58,251 nt of DNA from an uncultured archaeon (GCA_964651915.1 CAZYZI010000002.1:1559-59809), one strand, 5' to 3'; shown: positions 36,252-46,700, counted from the stretch's first letter. Notes: generated by a model not told the origin, from the sequence alone. Numbers and translations: made by a program.

Positions 36252-37423
36252 ACCGATTACTAAGTCAAGTCTTGGAAAGAATACGGCCTGAAAGCAAAGA
36301 AATAGAAAAAATAGCTGAAATTTCTGAGAACCTTTTGAATAAAGCCAAGGAGTCGAAAGTCGAACCATTAATTGTAGGCTCTGTAGCAAAAGGAACAAAT
36401 CTAAAAGATGCTGACATTGATTTATTTATTAAATTTGACTCTGAAATTAACCTTAAAGAACAAGGCTTAGAAACTGCTCGTAAGCTTTTGCCTGAGGGAA
36501 AAGAACTCTATGCGCAACATCCCTATCTTCGTGGTGAAATAGAAGGTATTGGTGTTGACGTTGTACCATGTTATTCTATTAATGATTCTTCTAAATCAAT
36601 TTCTGCTGTTGACAGAACTCCGTTCCATACAAAATGGGTTAATGACAACATAAATGGAAAAGAAGACGAAGTTAGATTAACAAAACAATTTCTAAAGGGT
36701 GCTGGAGCCTATGGAGCTAATGCCGCAATAGGTGGTTTTTCAGGATATTTAGTAGAAATATTGATTATAAAATACGGAGATTTTATGAATTTAATTGAGG
36801 AGATTTCTAAATGGAAACCTCCAGTCATAATTGAAAAAATAAAAACTGCTCCAGATTCTGCAATAATGCTACAAGATCCCGTAGATGAAAAAAGAAACGT
36901 TGCCGCCGGTGTTACATTGAAAGGTTTAGGTGCTGCTGTGTTAGCTTCAAAAGCATTTTTGAATGAACCTACTATTGAATTCTTTTTTCCAAAAGCTAAG
37001 ACTAGAGAATCTAAAGGATTTGTTACTACTGTAACATTGCCACGTTCAGATGGAAGTGATGAAACTGTTTTACCTTGGCTACAAAAACAAGGTAGAAAAA
37101 TTTACAATGCAATTTCTAATTTTGAGCCCATTGCTTGGAATGCAAATTTAGGAGATAAATGCTTTTTAGTATTTGAAACGGCTATTGTTGAATTACCTGA
37201 TATTGTTCCACACAAAGGCCCTGCACCCTGGGACAAAGGAGCTATAGAGTTTCTAAAGAAATATCCTGATGCTTCATTAAGCGGAGAAAGACTAGAAGTC
37301 GGAAAACCTCCGAGGCATTCAAAAATTTCAGGAATTATAAAGGAATTAATTCCTGAAGCTGAGGTTCATTCAGGATTAATTGATGGAGCTCAACCAGTAC
37401 AAAGGGTTCCCTGGTTAGATTAA
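36248..37423 (+). CDS. cca: CCA-adding tRNA nucleotidyltransferase, archaeal class I
   Basis: GTG start. LERIRPESKEIEKI N-terminus, GSVAKGTNLKDADIDLFIKF nucleotidyltransferase motif, RTPFHT. Confidence 0.88.
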   Translation: MNRLLSQVLERIRPESKEIEKIAEISENLLNKAKESKVEPLIVGSVAKGTNLKDADIDLFIKFDSEINLKEQGLETARKLLPEGKELYAQHPYLRGEIEGIGVDVVPCYSINDSSKSISAVDRTPFHTKWVNDNINGKEDEVRLTKQFLKGAGAYGANAAIGGFSGYLVEILIIKYGDFMNLIEEISKWKPPVIIEKIKTAPDSAIMLQDPVDEKRNVAAGVTLKGLGAAVLASKAFLNEPTIEFFFPKAKTRESKGFVTTVTLPRSDGSDETVLPWLQKQGRKIYNAISNFEPIAWNANLGDKCFLVFETAIVELPDIVPHKGPAPWDKGAIEFLKKYPDASLSGERLEVGKPPRHSKISGIIKELIPEAEVHSGLIDGAQPVQRVPWLD

Positions 37424-37441
37424 AAATAAAATTTGGTAAAC

Positions 37442-37497
37442 GGGGGTCGAAACCCCCAGATTACCTTCGAGCAGGGACATAGTCCCTACTCTATTTT
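37442..37497. terminator. Bidirectional terminator: two GC-rich hairpins flanked by T-tracts between convergent cca and pilin genes
   Basis: GGGGGT-CGAA-ACCCCC (37442-37457) and AGGGAC-ATA-GTCCCT (37473-37487). TATTTT follows on the plus strand, and TTTTATTTTT follows on the minus strand. Confidence 0.6.
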
Positions 37498-37509
37498 CGG
37501 TAACTAAGT

Positions 37510-38013
37510 CTATGCTTGTAGACTTATATCGTAACCGATTGTGTCGCCATTAGGCGTGAACTTCAAACGGAATGCGTAATCAGTTACATCATTAACTGAA
37601 GACAATTCCGAATCTGCTTCACCTGGGTGAACTTCAAACTTGTCACCTGGGCTCAACCTACCGTTGAAGTCGTTGTCAATGAAAATGACTGCTTTACCTT
37701 GGCCTTCATAATATCCATAGATATCAGAAACTATGCCTGTGGTTGCAGTATTTCCTTCTTCATCCAGTAAATACCATGCTACTGAATTTACGGAAACTTG
37801 GGGATTGATCTTGACAATCTGAATTGTCCAATCACCTTGACCGTCTTCGCTTGCTATCATACTGCCGGTTGGTGCGTTCTTGGTTGTACCACCAAGGAAA
37901 CTGCTAGCCCAAACGTACAATACTGCAGCCAGAACGACTGTAATAGCTACCATTAAAATAACAGCAATTACAGGTGAAACTGCCTGCTCATCGTTTACTA
38001 TTCTTCGTTTCAT
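37510..38013 (-). CDS. Archaeal type IV pilin (Pilin_N domain), paralogue 1
   Basis: MKRRIVNDEQAVSPVIAVILMVAITVVLAAVLYVW class III-type signal/helix with a beta-rich C-domain. It is a paralogue of 38090-38587. Confidence 0.88.
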   Translation of the reverse strand: MKRRIVNDEQAVSPVIAVILMVAITVVLAAVLYVWASSFLGGTTKNAPTGSMIASEDGQGDWTIQIVKINPQVSVNSVAWYLLDEEGNTATTGIVSDIYGYYEGQGKAVIFIDNDFNGRLSPGDKFEVHPGEADSELSSVNDVTDYAFRLKFTPNGDTIGYDISLQA

Positions 38014-38078
38014 TGTTGTGTCCTCTGACCGAAGTCAGACTATGGGACTACTGGGATAGCATATATACCTTACGTCAA
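38014..38078 (-). promoter_or_regulatory. Conserved pilin promoter/leader: TATATAT box plus 5' UUCG-loop hairpin plus GAGGA SD
   Basis: The 24-nt block gatagcatatataccttacgtcaa (38055-38078) is identical to 38628-38651. Hairpin TCTGAC-CGAA-GTCAGA at 38024-38039 (UUCG loop on the coding strand). Confidence 0.6.
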
Positions 38079-38089
38079 TTTTAACTTAA

Positions 38090-38587
38090 TTAACTGTTAA
38101 AGTCAACGTCGTAACCGATTGTGTCACCGGTTGGATCGAATTTTATACGGAATGAAAAATCATCCAATGACGACATGTCTGCCAAGGTAGTTCCTTCACC
38201 AGGATAAAATCTAAAAATATCTCCTGGACTAACTTTAGCATTATAATCATTATCAATGTAAATTATAGACTGACCTTCACCTGATTTGTAACCATAAATG
38301 TCAGTAACTACACCTTCAGCTTTGGTAAGACCTTGAATATCCATCAAATACCAGTGTACTGAATTAATGGAAGCTTGAGGATTCATTTTAATTATTTGAA
38401 CATCCCAAACACCACTACCATCTTCACTAGCCATCATACTACCTGTTGGTGAATTCTTTGGTTGTAATCCCCATCCAGATACCCAAGCGTAAAGAACAGC
38501 TGCCATAACGACAGTTATAGCTACCATTAAGATAACTGCAATTACCGGAGATACGGCTTCTTCATTGTTAACAAATCTGCGTTTCAT
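38090..38587 (-). CDS. Archaeal type IV pilin (Pilin_N domain), paralogue 2
   Basis: MKRRFVNNEEAVSPVIAVILMVAITVVMAAVLYAW. Collinear with paralogue 1 over its full length. Confidence 0.88.
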   Translation of the reverse strand: MKRRFVNNEEAVSPVIAVILMVAITVVMAAVLYAWVSGWGLQPKNSPTGSMMASEDGSGVWDVQIIKMNPQASINSVHWYLMDIQGLTKAEGVVTDIYGYKSGEGQSIIYIDNDYNAKVSPGDIFRFYPGEGTTLADMSSLDDFSFRIKFDPTGDTIGYDVDFNS

Positions 38588-38651
38588 AGATCAATCCTCT
38601 GACCGAAGTCTGACAAGTTACCTCTGAGATAGCATATATACCTTACGTCAA
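38588..38651 (-). promoter_or_regulatory. Second copy of the conserved pilin promoter/leader
   Basis: The same cctctgaccgaagtc block (38596-38610) and the same 24-nt TATA block (38628-38651), with the same spacing to the ATG. Confidence 0.55.
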
Positions 38652-39170
38652 ACGATCTCTACGTAAAACTAAGCTACCAATAATTGTCAATATTACTGTA
38701 ATACTGACTCCAGTCCAAGCCAATGATAACGCCCATTGTGGAACAGAAGTAGTATCTTCGGCATGTACTTCTGGTGGGCGTAAAACTGAATCAAAAGTTG
38801 CCCATACTGAATCATCATCTTCATTAAAAATAATTGAAAGTTTAGCTTCTCCTTCTCCTAATTCAAACGATTCGGAGGGTGCTTGCCAATAAAATGTCCA
38901 ACCTGAGTCACTACTACCTAATTCTAGACTTTGAACACCTTCACCAAAGTCTTCAGTTTCACTCAAGGAACCATTGGTAATTGAAATGGAAATTGAGGCA
39001 ATTTCTGAATCATCATTTGCTATCAAATCTACTTGATATGTTTTTCCTGTTTCATAGTGTAAATCTTCTGGAAGGCCTTCGATACGGTAAACATTGTCTT
39101 CCGCCTGTGATAAAGGTAAAAATACACAAATTGCAATTACCAAAATCAGACTACTTCTTAATGAATTCAT
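38643..39170 (-). CDS. Secreted acidic protein with C-terminal TM anchor and basic tail
   Basis: Signal peptide MNSLRSSLILVIAICVFLPLSQA. C-terminal WTGVSITVILTIIGSLVLRRDR. Confidence 0.65.
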   Translation of the reverse strand: MNSLRSSLILVIAICVFLPLSQAEDNVYRIEGLPEDLHYETGKTYQVDLIANDDSEIASISISITNGSLSETEDFGEGVQSLELGSSDSGWTFYWQAPSESFELGEGEAKLSIIFNEDDDSVWATFDSVLRPPEVHAEDTTSVPQWALSLAWTGVSITVILTIIGSLVLRRDRLT

Positions 39171-39215
39171 ATGAACTTACAAACTAATTTTAGTATTCTA
39201 TTTAAGAATACGTGC

Positions 39216-39875
39216 TTACCTCGTCAAACCTCTATTTTGTAAACTTTCAAGTATTATTCTTACTTCAGCTTCACGAAGACCTAATGAGGCTGCAGCTCCT
39301 TCTATCGTGTAATCCTTATTGCGAAGTATGTGATGTAACAATCTTCTTTCTTGATAATCACAATCTGCTCTCTGTGCTGTAGATGTAATTTCTCTGTTTA
39401 ATTCACCTATAAGAGTCATCAAGCTACGCCTTTCATTTTCAACATCATCTACAGATTTACGTAAATCTTCTGAAACACGAGATAAAAGATCCATTCTAGC
39501 TTTTGAATTCATACCTCTCGATTCTTCTATTGCATCCAAAACATGCTTATGTTTTGAAGAAAGACTTGAAAGATCAAAATCTGTTTCAGCCTTTTGCTTG
39601 TAAGTTGAAGGACCCACATCTATGTGAAGTGAAACTTCTTTGGAAGCTGTGTAAACCCTACGATTGGGGCCACGGCTGCTAGGTTCATCTTTTGATTCAA
39701 CAATACCATGTTCTTCTAAAATTTTAAGATGTTTAACGACTGCTTGTTGAGTAACGTCAATTTCACGTGATAATTGTAAAGGATACAATCGTTCTACCGA
39801 CAATAACTTAAGGATACGTCGCCTAGTTGGATTCTCCAATAAATAGAATAATTCGTCCACTTCGTCAAATGACAT
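39216..39875 (-). CDS. ArsR-type winged-helix transcription regulator with coiled-coil and second C-terminal HTH
   Basis: LENPTRRRILKLLSVERLYPLQLSREIDVTQQAVVKHLKILEEHGIV. Confidence 0.8.
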   Translation of the reverse strand: MSFDEVDELFYLLENPTRRRILKLLSVERLYPLQLSREIDVTQQAVVKHLKILEEHGIVESKDEPSSRGPNRRVYTASKEVSLHIDVGPSTYKQKAETDFDLSSLSSKHKHVLDAIEESRGMNSKARMDLLSRVSEDLRKSVDDVENERRSLMTLIGELNREITSTAQRADCDYQERRLLHHILRNKDYTIEGAAASLGLREAEVRIILESLQNRGLTR

Positions 39876-39969
39876 ATCAACCTCCGGTTGTATACCTATT
39901 GTTGTAATGGGCTAATAAAAATTACTATTGGTCCCAACAACCTTTAACCTATGTGTTCATTGTGATATT

Positions 39970-40494
39970 ATGGACTATCGAAAACCCAGCAAGAAAGCAA
40001 TTGTTGAAGCGGTTGTAGGTGTCCTAAAAGAACAGGGTTCTATTGATACCCAAACCAAAATGCATCATAAAGTCATTCAGAAATTAAAAAAAGAAGATAA
40101 AAAATATAGACTTTCCGCAGAAAGAATGAGAGTTATTGCAATTTTATCTAAAAAAATAAAAGTCGGAATTAGAACAAGATCTGTTGGAGCAGCTCCCGAG
40201 GCTGATGAAAGTGATTTCAAAAAACAAGGATTGGGATATGATCCTGTAGTAAAAAGATGGAGAAGAATAAGACCTGGTGAAGATCAAAGTGGACATCACC
40301 ACCATCGTGGAGAATTCGCATCACCTGGACAGCCGTGCCCTGTTTGTACTTCACCATTAAAAAAAGTACACAATGCAACTCTATATGGTGGGAAAGTAGC
40401 CATTGGATTCAAATGTAATATATGTGGATATCTAACTGGCCACCGATGGAGGGAACCTTCTCGATACTCCTTCAGTTTGAAAGGTGGTAGATAG
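39970..40494 (+). CDS. Basic protein with HHHH run and C-terminal zinc ribbon
   Basis: CPVCTSPLKK...CNICGY four-Cys ribbon. The ORF track starts at TTG 39928; the ATG at 39970 is preferred. Confidence 0.55.
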   Translation: MDYRKPSKKAIVEAVVGVLKEQGSIDTQTKMHHKVIQKLKKEDKKYRLSAERMRVIAILSKKIKVGIRTRSVGAAPEADESDFKKQGLGYDPVVKRWRRIRPGEDQSGHHHHRGEFASPGQPCPVCTSPLKKVHNATLYGGKVAIGFKCNICGYLTGHRWREPSRYSFSLKGGR

Positions 40495-40496
40495 TT

Positions 40497-41144
40497 ATGG
40501 CTGCAGGAAAACTAGTTTTGGTGAGACATGGACTTTCGGTCTATAATGATCAAAATCGATTTACTGGGTGGAAGGATGTAGAACTAAATCAACAAGGTAT
40601 GGATGAAGCTGAACAAGCTGTAGAACTATTAAAAAATTATAACTTTGATATGGCTTTTACATCTGATTTAGTCAGAGCACAAGATACTTTGAATATAATA
40701 CTAGATGGAATTAAACAAAGCGATATTCCTATCACCAAAAATGTGGCATTAAACGAAAGAGATTACGGTGATTTAATTGGTCAAAATAAGGCTGAAGCGG
40801 CTGAAAAATTTGGTGCAGAACAGGTTCACATATGGAGAAGGAGTTACGATATTCCACCTCCTGGCGGTGAATCACTGAAAGATACTGCTGATAGAGTAAT
40901 TCCATATCTAAAAAATGAAATTATGCCTCATATCACAGCTGGAAAAAATATCATAATTGGAGCTCATGGAAATAGTATCAGGGCAATTGTAATGCATTTA
41001 CAAGAATACTCTCCTGAACAAATATTAAAAACTGAAATAGGATGGTGTGAACCTTGGATTTTTGATTTTGAAGATGGTACTGTTACTAACTTAGAAATTA
41101 TATCTAGACCTGGAAATAAAAGTATGAGTCATTTACCAGACTAA
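40497..41144 (+). CDS. gpmA: 2,3-bisphosphoglycerate-dependent phosphoglycerate mutase
   Basis: LVLVRHGLSVYNDQNRFTGWKDVELNQQG (RHG catalytic motif) and GAHGNSIRA. Confidence 0.88.
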   Translation: MAAGKLVLVRHGLSVYNDQNRFTGWKDVELNQQGMDEAEQAVELLKNYNFDMAFTSDLVRAQDTLNIILDGIKQSDIPITKNVALNERDYGDLIGQNKAEAAEKFGAEQVHIWRRSYDIPPPGGESLKDTADRVIPYLKNEIMPHITAGKNIIIGAHGNSIRAIVMHLQEYSPEQILKTEIGWCEPWIFDFEDGTVTNLEIISRPGNKSMSHLPD

Positions 41145-41413
41145 CGTTCTTCGGACCAACCTTTAATCATTTCAAGATTACCTTTAGTGGCTTTTATTTT
41201 CTGTACACGTCCCCACTCATCTTTGATGATTATATCATTACCCTCTGCAAGTAAAGTTGCTGTAACAAAATATCCTGATTCTGATTTGAATTGAATTTCG
41301 AGCTGCCTTTCCGAGCCTACGTCCTCCCAAACGACTGGATAGCCTAGGTCATCGTAGAAATCACTTATTTTTTTCATGAACCTATCGGCTGCAGACATAT
41401 CTATTTCAGACAC
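41141..41413 (-). CDS. Hypothetical small cytoplasmic protein
   Basis: 90-aa ORF with GTG start. 4-nt convergent overlap with gpmA. No recognised family. Confidence 0.5.
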   Translation of the reverse strand: MSEIDMSAADRFMKKISDFYDDLGYPVVWEDVGSERQLEIQFKSESGYFVTATLLAEGNDIIIKDEWGRVQKIKATKGNLEMIKGWSEER

Positions 41414-41482
41414 TGGGAGACCGTTATTAATTGTTGTTTACCGCAGGAACATCCCTAAAGAGTGCATTCTTTGGACAAATGA

Positions 41483-41558
41483 AGCCCCCTAGTGTAGCGG
41501 TCCATCATTCAGGCCTTTGGAGCCTGAGACCTCGGTTCGAATCCGAGGGGGGCTACCA
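41483..41558 (+). tRNA. tRNA-Gln (anticodon UUG), CCA encoded
   Basis: Manual cloverleaf. Acceptor AGCCCCC/GGGGGCT with the archaeal Gln A1-U72 pair. D-arm GTGT..ATCA. Anticodon stem CAGGC/GCCTG with loop CTTTGGA. T-arm CTCGG-TTCGAAT-CCGAG. Discriminator A followed by CCA. Confidence 0.92.
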
Positions 41559-41560
41559 CT

Positions 41561-43054
41561 CTATAATCCATAAATTTTAGTATATTTTGATTGTAAATAT
41601 TCTACAAAATCATCGCTACTTGGTTCTTTTCCAGTAGCTTGTGTCATCAAATCAGCTGGAAGTAATTTTGAACCATAGACATGGATATGGCTACGCATCC
41701 AATCTAATAAAATTCGGAATTCTCCCTTAGCTATCTTATCTGGAATACTTGAATCATCTGCTAAAGCTGCGGCATATAATTGAGCAGCATAAAGATTTCC
41801 AAGAGTATATGTTGGAAAATATCCAATAGCTCCCATTGACCAATGAATATCCTGTAAAACACCTTTAGTGTCATTAGGAGGTGTTACACCCAGATATTCT
41901 TCCATCTTACTATTCCAAAATTCGGGTAAATCTCCTACTTTGATATTTCCATTCACCAATTGTTTTTCAATTTCATATCTTACCATAATGTGAAGATTGT
42001 AAGTTGCTTCATCAGATTCAACTCGAATCAGTGATGGTTCAACTGTATTGACAGCTCTATGCAAAGTATCTACGTCTAGATCTGATGGTAAATGATCGAA
42101 ACATGACTTGAATTCATCAATATAATATTGCCAAAAACCATGACTTCTACCAACCATATTTTCCCACATTCGAGATTGAGATTCATGAACTCCTAAAGAT
42201 ACTGCTTGACCCATAGGTGTTCCTTCGTGTTCTTGCAATAATCCTTGTTCATAGGTCCCATGACCTGTCTCATGCATTACCCCATACAAACATCCAAATG
42301 GAAATTCTTCATCGTATCTAGTAGTAAAACGAACATCATTTGGCCCTGCTCCTGAACAAAAAGGATGTGTTGAAGTATCCATTCTTCCCGCATCAAAATC
42401 AAAACCTATACTTTGAGCTACTTTTAACGAAAACTCGCGTTGTTTTTCTTCGGAAAATTTGCCTATGTCTAGAAAACTTGTATCTGGTTGATTTGGACTT
42501 TCACCTACAGCTTTGACAAGAGGTACTATAGCTTCTCTAAGGCCTGCAAAAAGAGGATCTAATTGAGACACCGTCATGCCAGGTTCATAAATATCTAGTA
42601 AAGCATCGTAAATGTTGTCATCATATCCATAAAATTCTGCAGTTTTACATGTTAATTCAACCGTTTTCTCAAGATATGGTTGAAACTTTTGAAAATCATT
42701 TTCAGATCTAGCTTCTTGCCAAACTTGAAGAGCTTGTGACTTATGACGTGCTTTTTCTTCAACTAAATCTTCTGGAAGTTTTGTAGCCTTATCATAGGAA
42801 TTACGTATTTCTCTAACATTAGCTGCTTGTTCTGCAGTAAGTTTTTGTGATTCTAAGGAATCTAATAATTCCCCCATTTCAGGAGCTGTAATTCTAGAAT
42901 GTGTTTGTTTTGACAAAAACGCCATCATTTCTGCACGTAGTTTACCTCCTTTAGGTGGCATCATTGTCTCTTGATCCCAGCCCATTAGACCCGTTAAACT
43001 ACCTAACAAATTTAGCTCTTTTACTCTGCCTATGAATTCATCATATTCGGACAT
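41561..43054 (-). CDS. M32 carboxypeptidase (carboxypeptidase Taq family)
   Basis: HETGHGTYEQG zinc motif, HESQSR, DIHWS, GYFPTYTLGN. Confidence 0.9.
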   Translation of the reverse strand: MSEYDEFIGRVKELNLLGSLTGLMGWDQETMMPPKGGKLRAEMMAFLSKQTHSRITAPEMGELLDSLESQKLTAEQAANVREIRNSYDKATKLPEDLVEEKARHKSQALQVWQEARSENDFQKFQPYLEKTVELTCKTAEFYGYDDNIYDALLDIYEPGMTVSQLDPLFAGLREAIVPLVKAVGESPNQPDTSFLDIGKFSEEKQREFSLKVAQSIGFDFDAGRMDTSTHPFCSGAGPNDVRFTTRYDEEFPFGCLYGVMHETGHGTYEQGLLQEHEGTPMGQAVSLGVHESQSRMWENMVGRSHGFWQYYIDEFKSCFDHLPSDLDVDTLHRAVNTVEPSLIRVESDEATYNLHIMVRYEIEKQLVNGNIKVGDLPEFWNSKMEEYLGVTPPNDTKGVLQDIHWSMGAIGYFPTYTLGNLYAAQLYAAALADDSSIPDKIAKGEFRILLDWMRSHIHVYGSKLLPADLMTQATGKEPSSDDFVEYLQSKYTKIYGL

Positions 43055-43091
43055 AGAATGGGGGAATGGTGGGACAATTAAAGAGTTGAGT

Positions 43092-43745
43092 TTATTCTAT
43101 ACCATTATTAGTCAAAACAAAATCCTCGACCGTTTCTTCAGGAAGAGAACGATGCTTCTTTAGACGGATGTGGCGTAATCCTGGTGTTTTAGTTTTTTCC
43201 AAATGAACTATTGTTTTACAGAGATGCATTAAGGATTTACCAAAATAAGGGCCTATTTCTCCATCCTTTTCGTAAACTTGTGCAGTGATTAAAACAGGAT
43301 AATCACCTTTTTCAGCTAATGGCTGAAGGATTGAAGTCATTTCTAAAAACTGACGTGAAGAAAGATGTTTGTTCTTCATGTATGACAATCGAACATAAGC
43401 ATTGATAGTATCAACAACAATTAAAGAAATTTTATCATGTTCCTCTAATTTGCTAGTTAAAGTCTGATGAAGATCGCTAAGGCTTGATGGTCTAATCAAT
43501 AATAATTTTGAAGCATCGCAATCACCAAAGATTTGTGTCATTCTTTCAATGGACAAACCTTCTGTATCTACAAACAACACAACATGATCTGGATAAGATT
43601 TAATCGCCTCACGTGACAATTGTAAGGCCATACTTGTCTTTCCTGTCCCAGCTTCACCATAAACAAGGGATACTGTGCCTTGCTCTATTCCACCTGCAAG
43701 TAGTTTGTCAACTCCTTCGCAAGTGGTAGAAAGTCTGGGAATCAT
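43092..43745 (-). CDS. radB: RadB (RecA/RadA paralogue)
   Basis: CEGVDKLLAGGIEQGTVSLVYGEAGTGKTSMALQL, VDTEG, about 217 aa without the N-terminal HhH domain. Confidence 0.8.
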   Translation of the reverse strand: MIPRLSTTCEGVDKLLAGGIEQGTVSLVYGEAGTGKTSMALQLSREAIKSYPDHVVLFVDTEGLSIERMTQIFGDCDASKLLLIRPSSLSDLHQTLTSKLEEHDKISLIVVDTINAYVRLSYMKNKHLSSRQFLEMTSILQPLAEKGDYPVLITAQVYEKDGEIGPYFGKSLMHLCKTIVHLEKTKTPGLRHIRLKKHRSLPEETVEDFVLTNNGIE

Positions 43746-43776
43746 ATTCCCATTACTCCATATGTCGTTAAACTAC

Positions 43777-46700
43777 TTAGTGCGTTCTACGTCTTAGCAT
43801 TCCAACAACACCAAGTGCTGAAATTGCTAATAATAAATTGAAACCTGGTAACAGTCCTTCGTCTTCCAGTTGTTCTAGAATAGATACTGGAAGTACCTGT
43901 TGCCTACAATTTTCTCCACCATCTTCATCTTTTGCACATATTATCAGTGTGAAGGTGTCGCCTTCTGCAAATTTATGTGAAACATTACCGTCTTGTGTAA
44001 TCAATGGAGCTGTTCCATCTCCAAAGTCTATAGTGAAGATAATTGTGTCAGCACCTGGATCTGTAGCTTCAAATTTGAAGTCCAACATTTCTCCTTCCTG
44101 TCCACTACTTGGCATTTGGAATTCTGTGAAAGTTGGCGCTACATTTTCAATCGTTACAACTAAACCTTCCGAAACTCCCCCGCCGTCTTCGTCTTCTGCA
44201 GTAACTCCTATAATAAATTCGCCGTCATCAATGAACAAGTATTGAGCAAAATTTCCTTCGGCTTGTGTTCCATCTGGGAAAGTCCAAGTCACTTTTACCG
44301 TGTCCTCAGGGACATCAAATGTTTGTGCATTGAAAGATAGGGTCTGTCCTTCTTGACCGAAATCATCGTAAGACACTTGCAAAGTTGGAGGTGCATTCTC
44401 AACATTCAATTCAAATTCTTTGGTTGTTATCACCGTTCCATCTGATACTGAAACTATTATTGTGTAAATTCCATCATCTGGATATCCATACCTTACAGAA
44501 TCGTCTTCTATGAGATTTCCATTGCCCATGTCCCAACTGTACTCTAGGTCATCATCGTCTGCATCGAATGCATCTACCTCAAAATTAAACATCTCTCCTT
44601 CGAATACTCTATCTGTGTTGAGGTCTCCGATTTCTGGAGCGTGATTCAGAACAATTTCAGCTTCAAACTCTACCATGTCTTCCATGTTCCAATATTCATC
44701 GTACATGTAAACGGCAAACAAGTAAGTTCCTTCTTCATCAGCAGTCCATTCAAAATTAATGTCCTCATTCTCTGATGAGGTGATTACTGCGTCTGTATAA
44801 TCTCCATCTATGTAGTCCCAGTCATCATTGCTCTCATTAAAACGAAGAACATCGAAGTAATACTCAGTCCCAATTTCTCCATCATAATTTGTTTGAGGGT
44901 CCAGATTAATACGAACACTGTCACCTTCCTGACTGAATTGATCGATGAACCATTCATCGGACATAATCAATGTGAAGTTGAATTGGTCTTCGTGGTTCCA
45001 TTCATCATCGTATAGATCAACAGTGAACCAATACTTTCCTGGTTCATCAACCTCTAATCCAATTTCAAACCAATCACTATATCCATTGTTTATGGTGTGA
45101 TTTTCGCCTGAATAATCAACGTAATCCCCATTCTCGTCCCAGATAATGGCTTCGACATAGACGTCCATTTCACAGTCACAATCTGTATCAGGATCATATC
45201 CAATGATTACTTTGTTCCATTGGTGCTCATCATTCTCATCAAATGCTCCATAGTAATCCCACTCATAGAACCACTCATCGTAGTCTTCATCGCCGCCGCC
45301 ACCGCTAGTGTCGTCACATCCTACCCAGACTTCGTAGTATCCCTTATCTTCAGGTCCATTATCTGGTGGGCTTGAAGTCCATTCGTACTCACCGCATGTC
45401 TCATTATAGAGCCAAGCTTCTCCTGACTCATTAGTTACCAAACTAGCGTGGTATTCCCAATCATCTGAGGTTTCATTATGCTTAAAGATTTCAATTTCTA
45501 CGTCTGCGACTGAGTCGTCGTCGATCCTGCCTTGGTGAGCAATAAATCCTACATCATCATAGACTGCATACTCATCGTCATCAACTACTGCATTATCCAC
45601 ATTAATTACTGTGAAATCTGATGAATTGCCATATGAGTAGAAAGGACCTTCCTGTAAAATTGCGCCATTTTCTTCGTAATAAACATATTGGTAATACCAT
45701 CCTTCAGTCAAATTAGAAGAGACAAAAAGAACACCATAGTAATTTGGATTACCACTATCTACTAGATTACCATCCTCATCATAAATTTCGAAATATGCAT
45801 CTTCCTTATATTCATCATCTTCTAAAACTCCACCAATGTAATCATTGACATAGTCGTCTCCATCCCAATCATCGATGACTCCTAGATGTCCAACACCATC
45901 ATCACCACCAGTTCCGCCTCCGCCACCGGCATCAGAGCTTAGGTAGACATCGTAAATCCAGAATAAGTCTTCCTCATTCCAGTCCTCATCATACAGGTAA
46001 ACACCGAAGTCATAGCTACCATTTTCGTAAGCAGTCCATTCCTGCTCGAACCAATCTGAATATCCATTGTTTATATCGTGCTCATCAGCAATAGTGTCTA
46101 CATAATCACCAGTTGCATTATCATAAACGTCCACATACACATAGATTGTTACATTACAATCACAATCAGTATCTGGATCGTAGCCTATTATGATTGTATC
46201 AGAAGGATCAACATCGTAATCCCAATCATAGAACCATTCGTCATAGTCTCCGTCACCGCCTCCACCGCCACTTGAACGGGCATGGAGTTCAATTCCAAGA
46301 TATTCTTCCTCTTCCTCTAAGTTTCCATCCTCATCATACAATTCAACATAGAAATCAAAGGTTCCATTGTATTCAGGTGACCAGTCTTGATACCAGTAAT
46401 CATCATCATCGCTGTAAATGGTATAATCTTCTTCAGTTCCATTTACCCAATAACCTGTTTCATTGTCGTAAACATCGATTACTAATGTTATGTTAATGTC
46501 ACATTCACACGTTGTATCTGGATCATAATCTATCTCGGCTGTGTCATCATATCCATCATCATCAGCATCATAGGTATATGCGTCAATCCAATCAAACCAT
46601 TCATCCTCATCACCTGGGCCACCAGCTCCACTTGTTTGGTACAAATAAACATTGTAGACCCAGAATTCGTCCTCCCAATTCCAGTCATCATCATACATAT

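Noticed and set aside
36248-37423. cca as a functional member of the respiratory operon because its GTG start overlaps the preceding stop
   Set aside because: Tight packing and overlaps are common throughout this window, and there is no functional rationale. It is treated as a co-transcribed neighbour only.
41483-41558. tRNA-Gln as an integration hotspot for a mobile element
   Set aside because: Both flanks are ordinary genes (a small hypothetical gene plus gpmA, and the M32 carboxypeptidase). No integrase is present, and I saw no duplicated tRNA 3' fragment.
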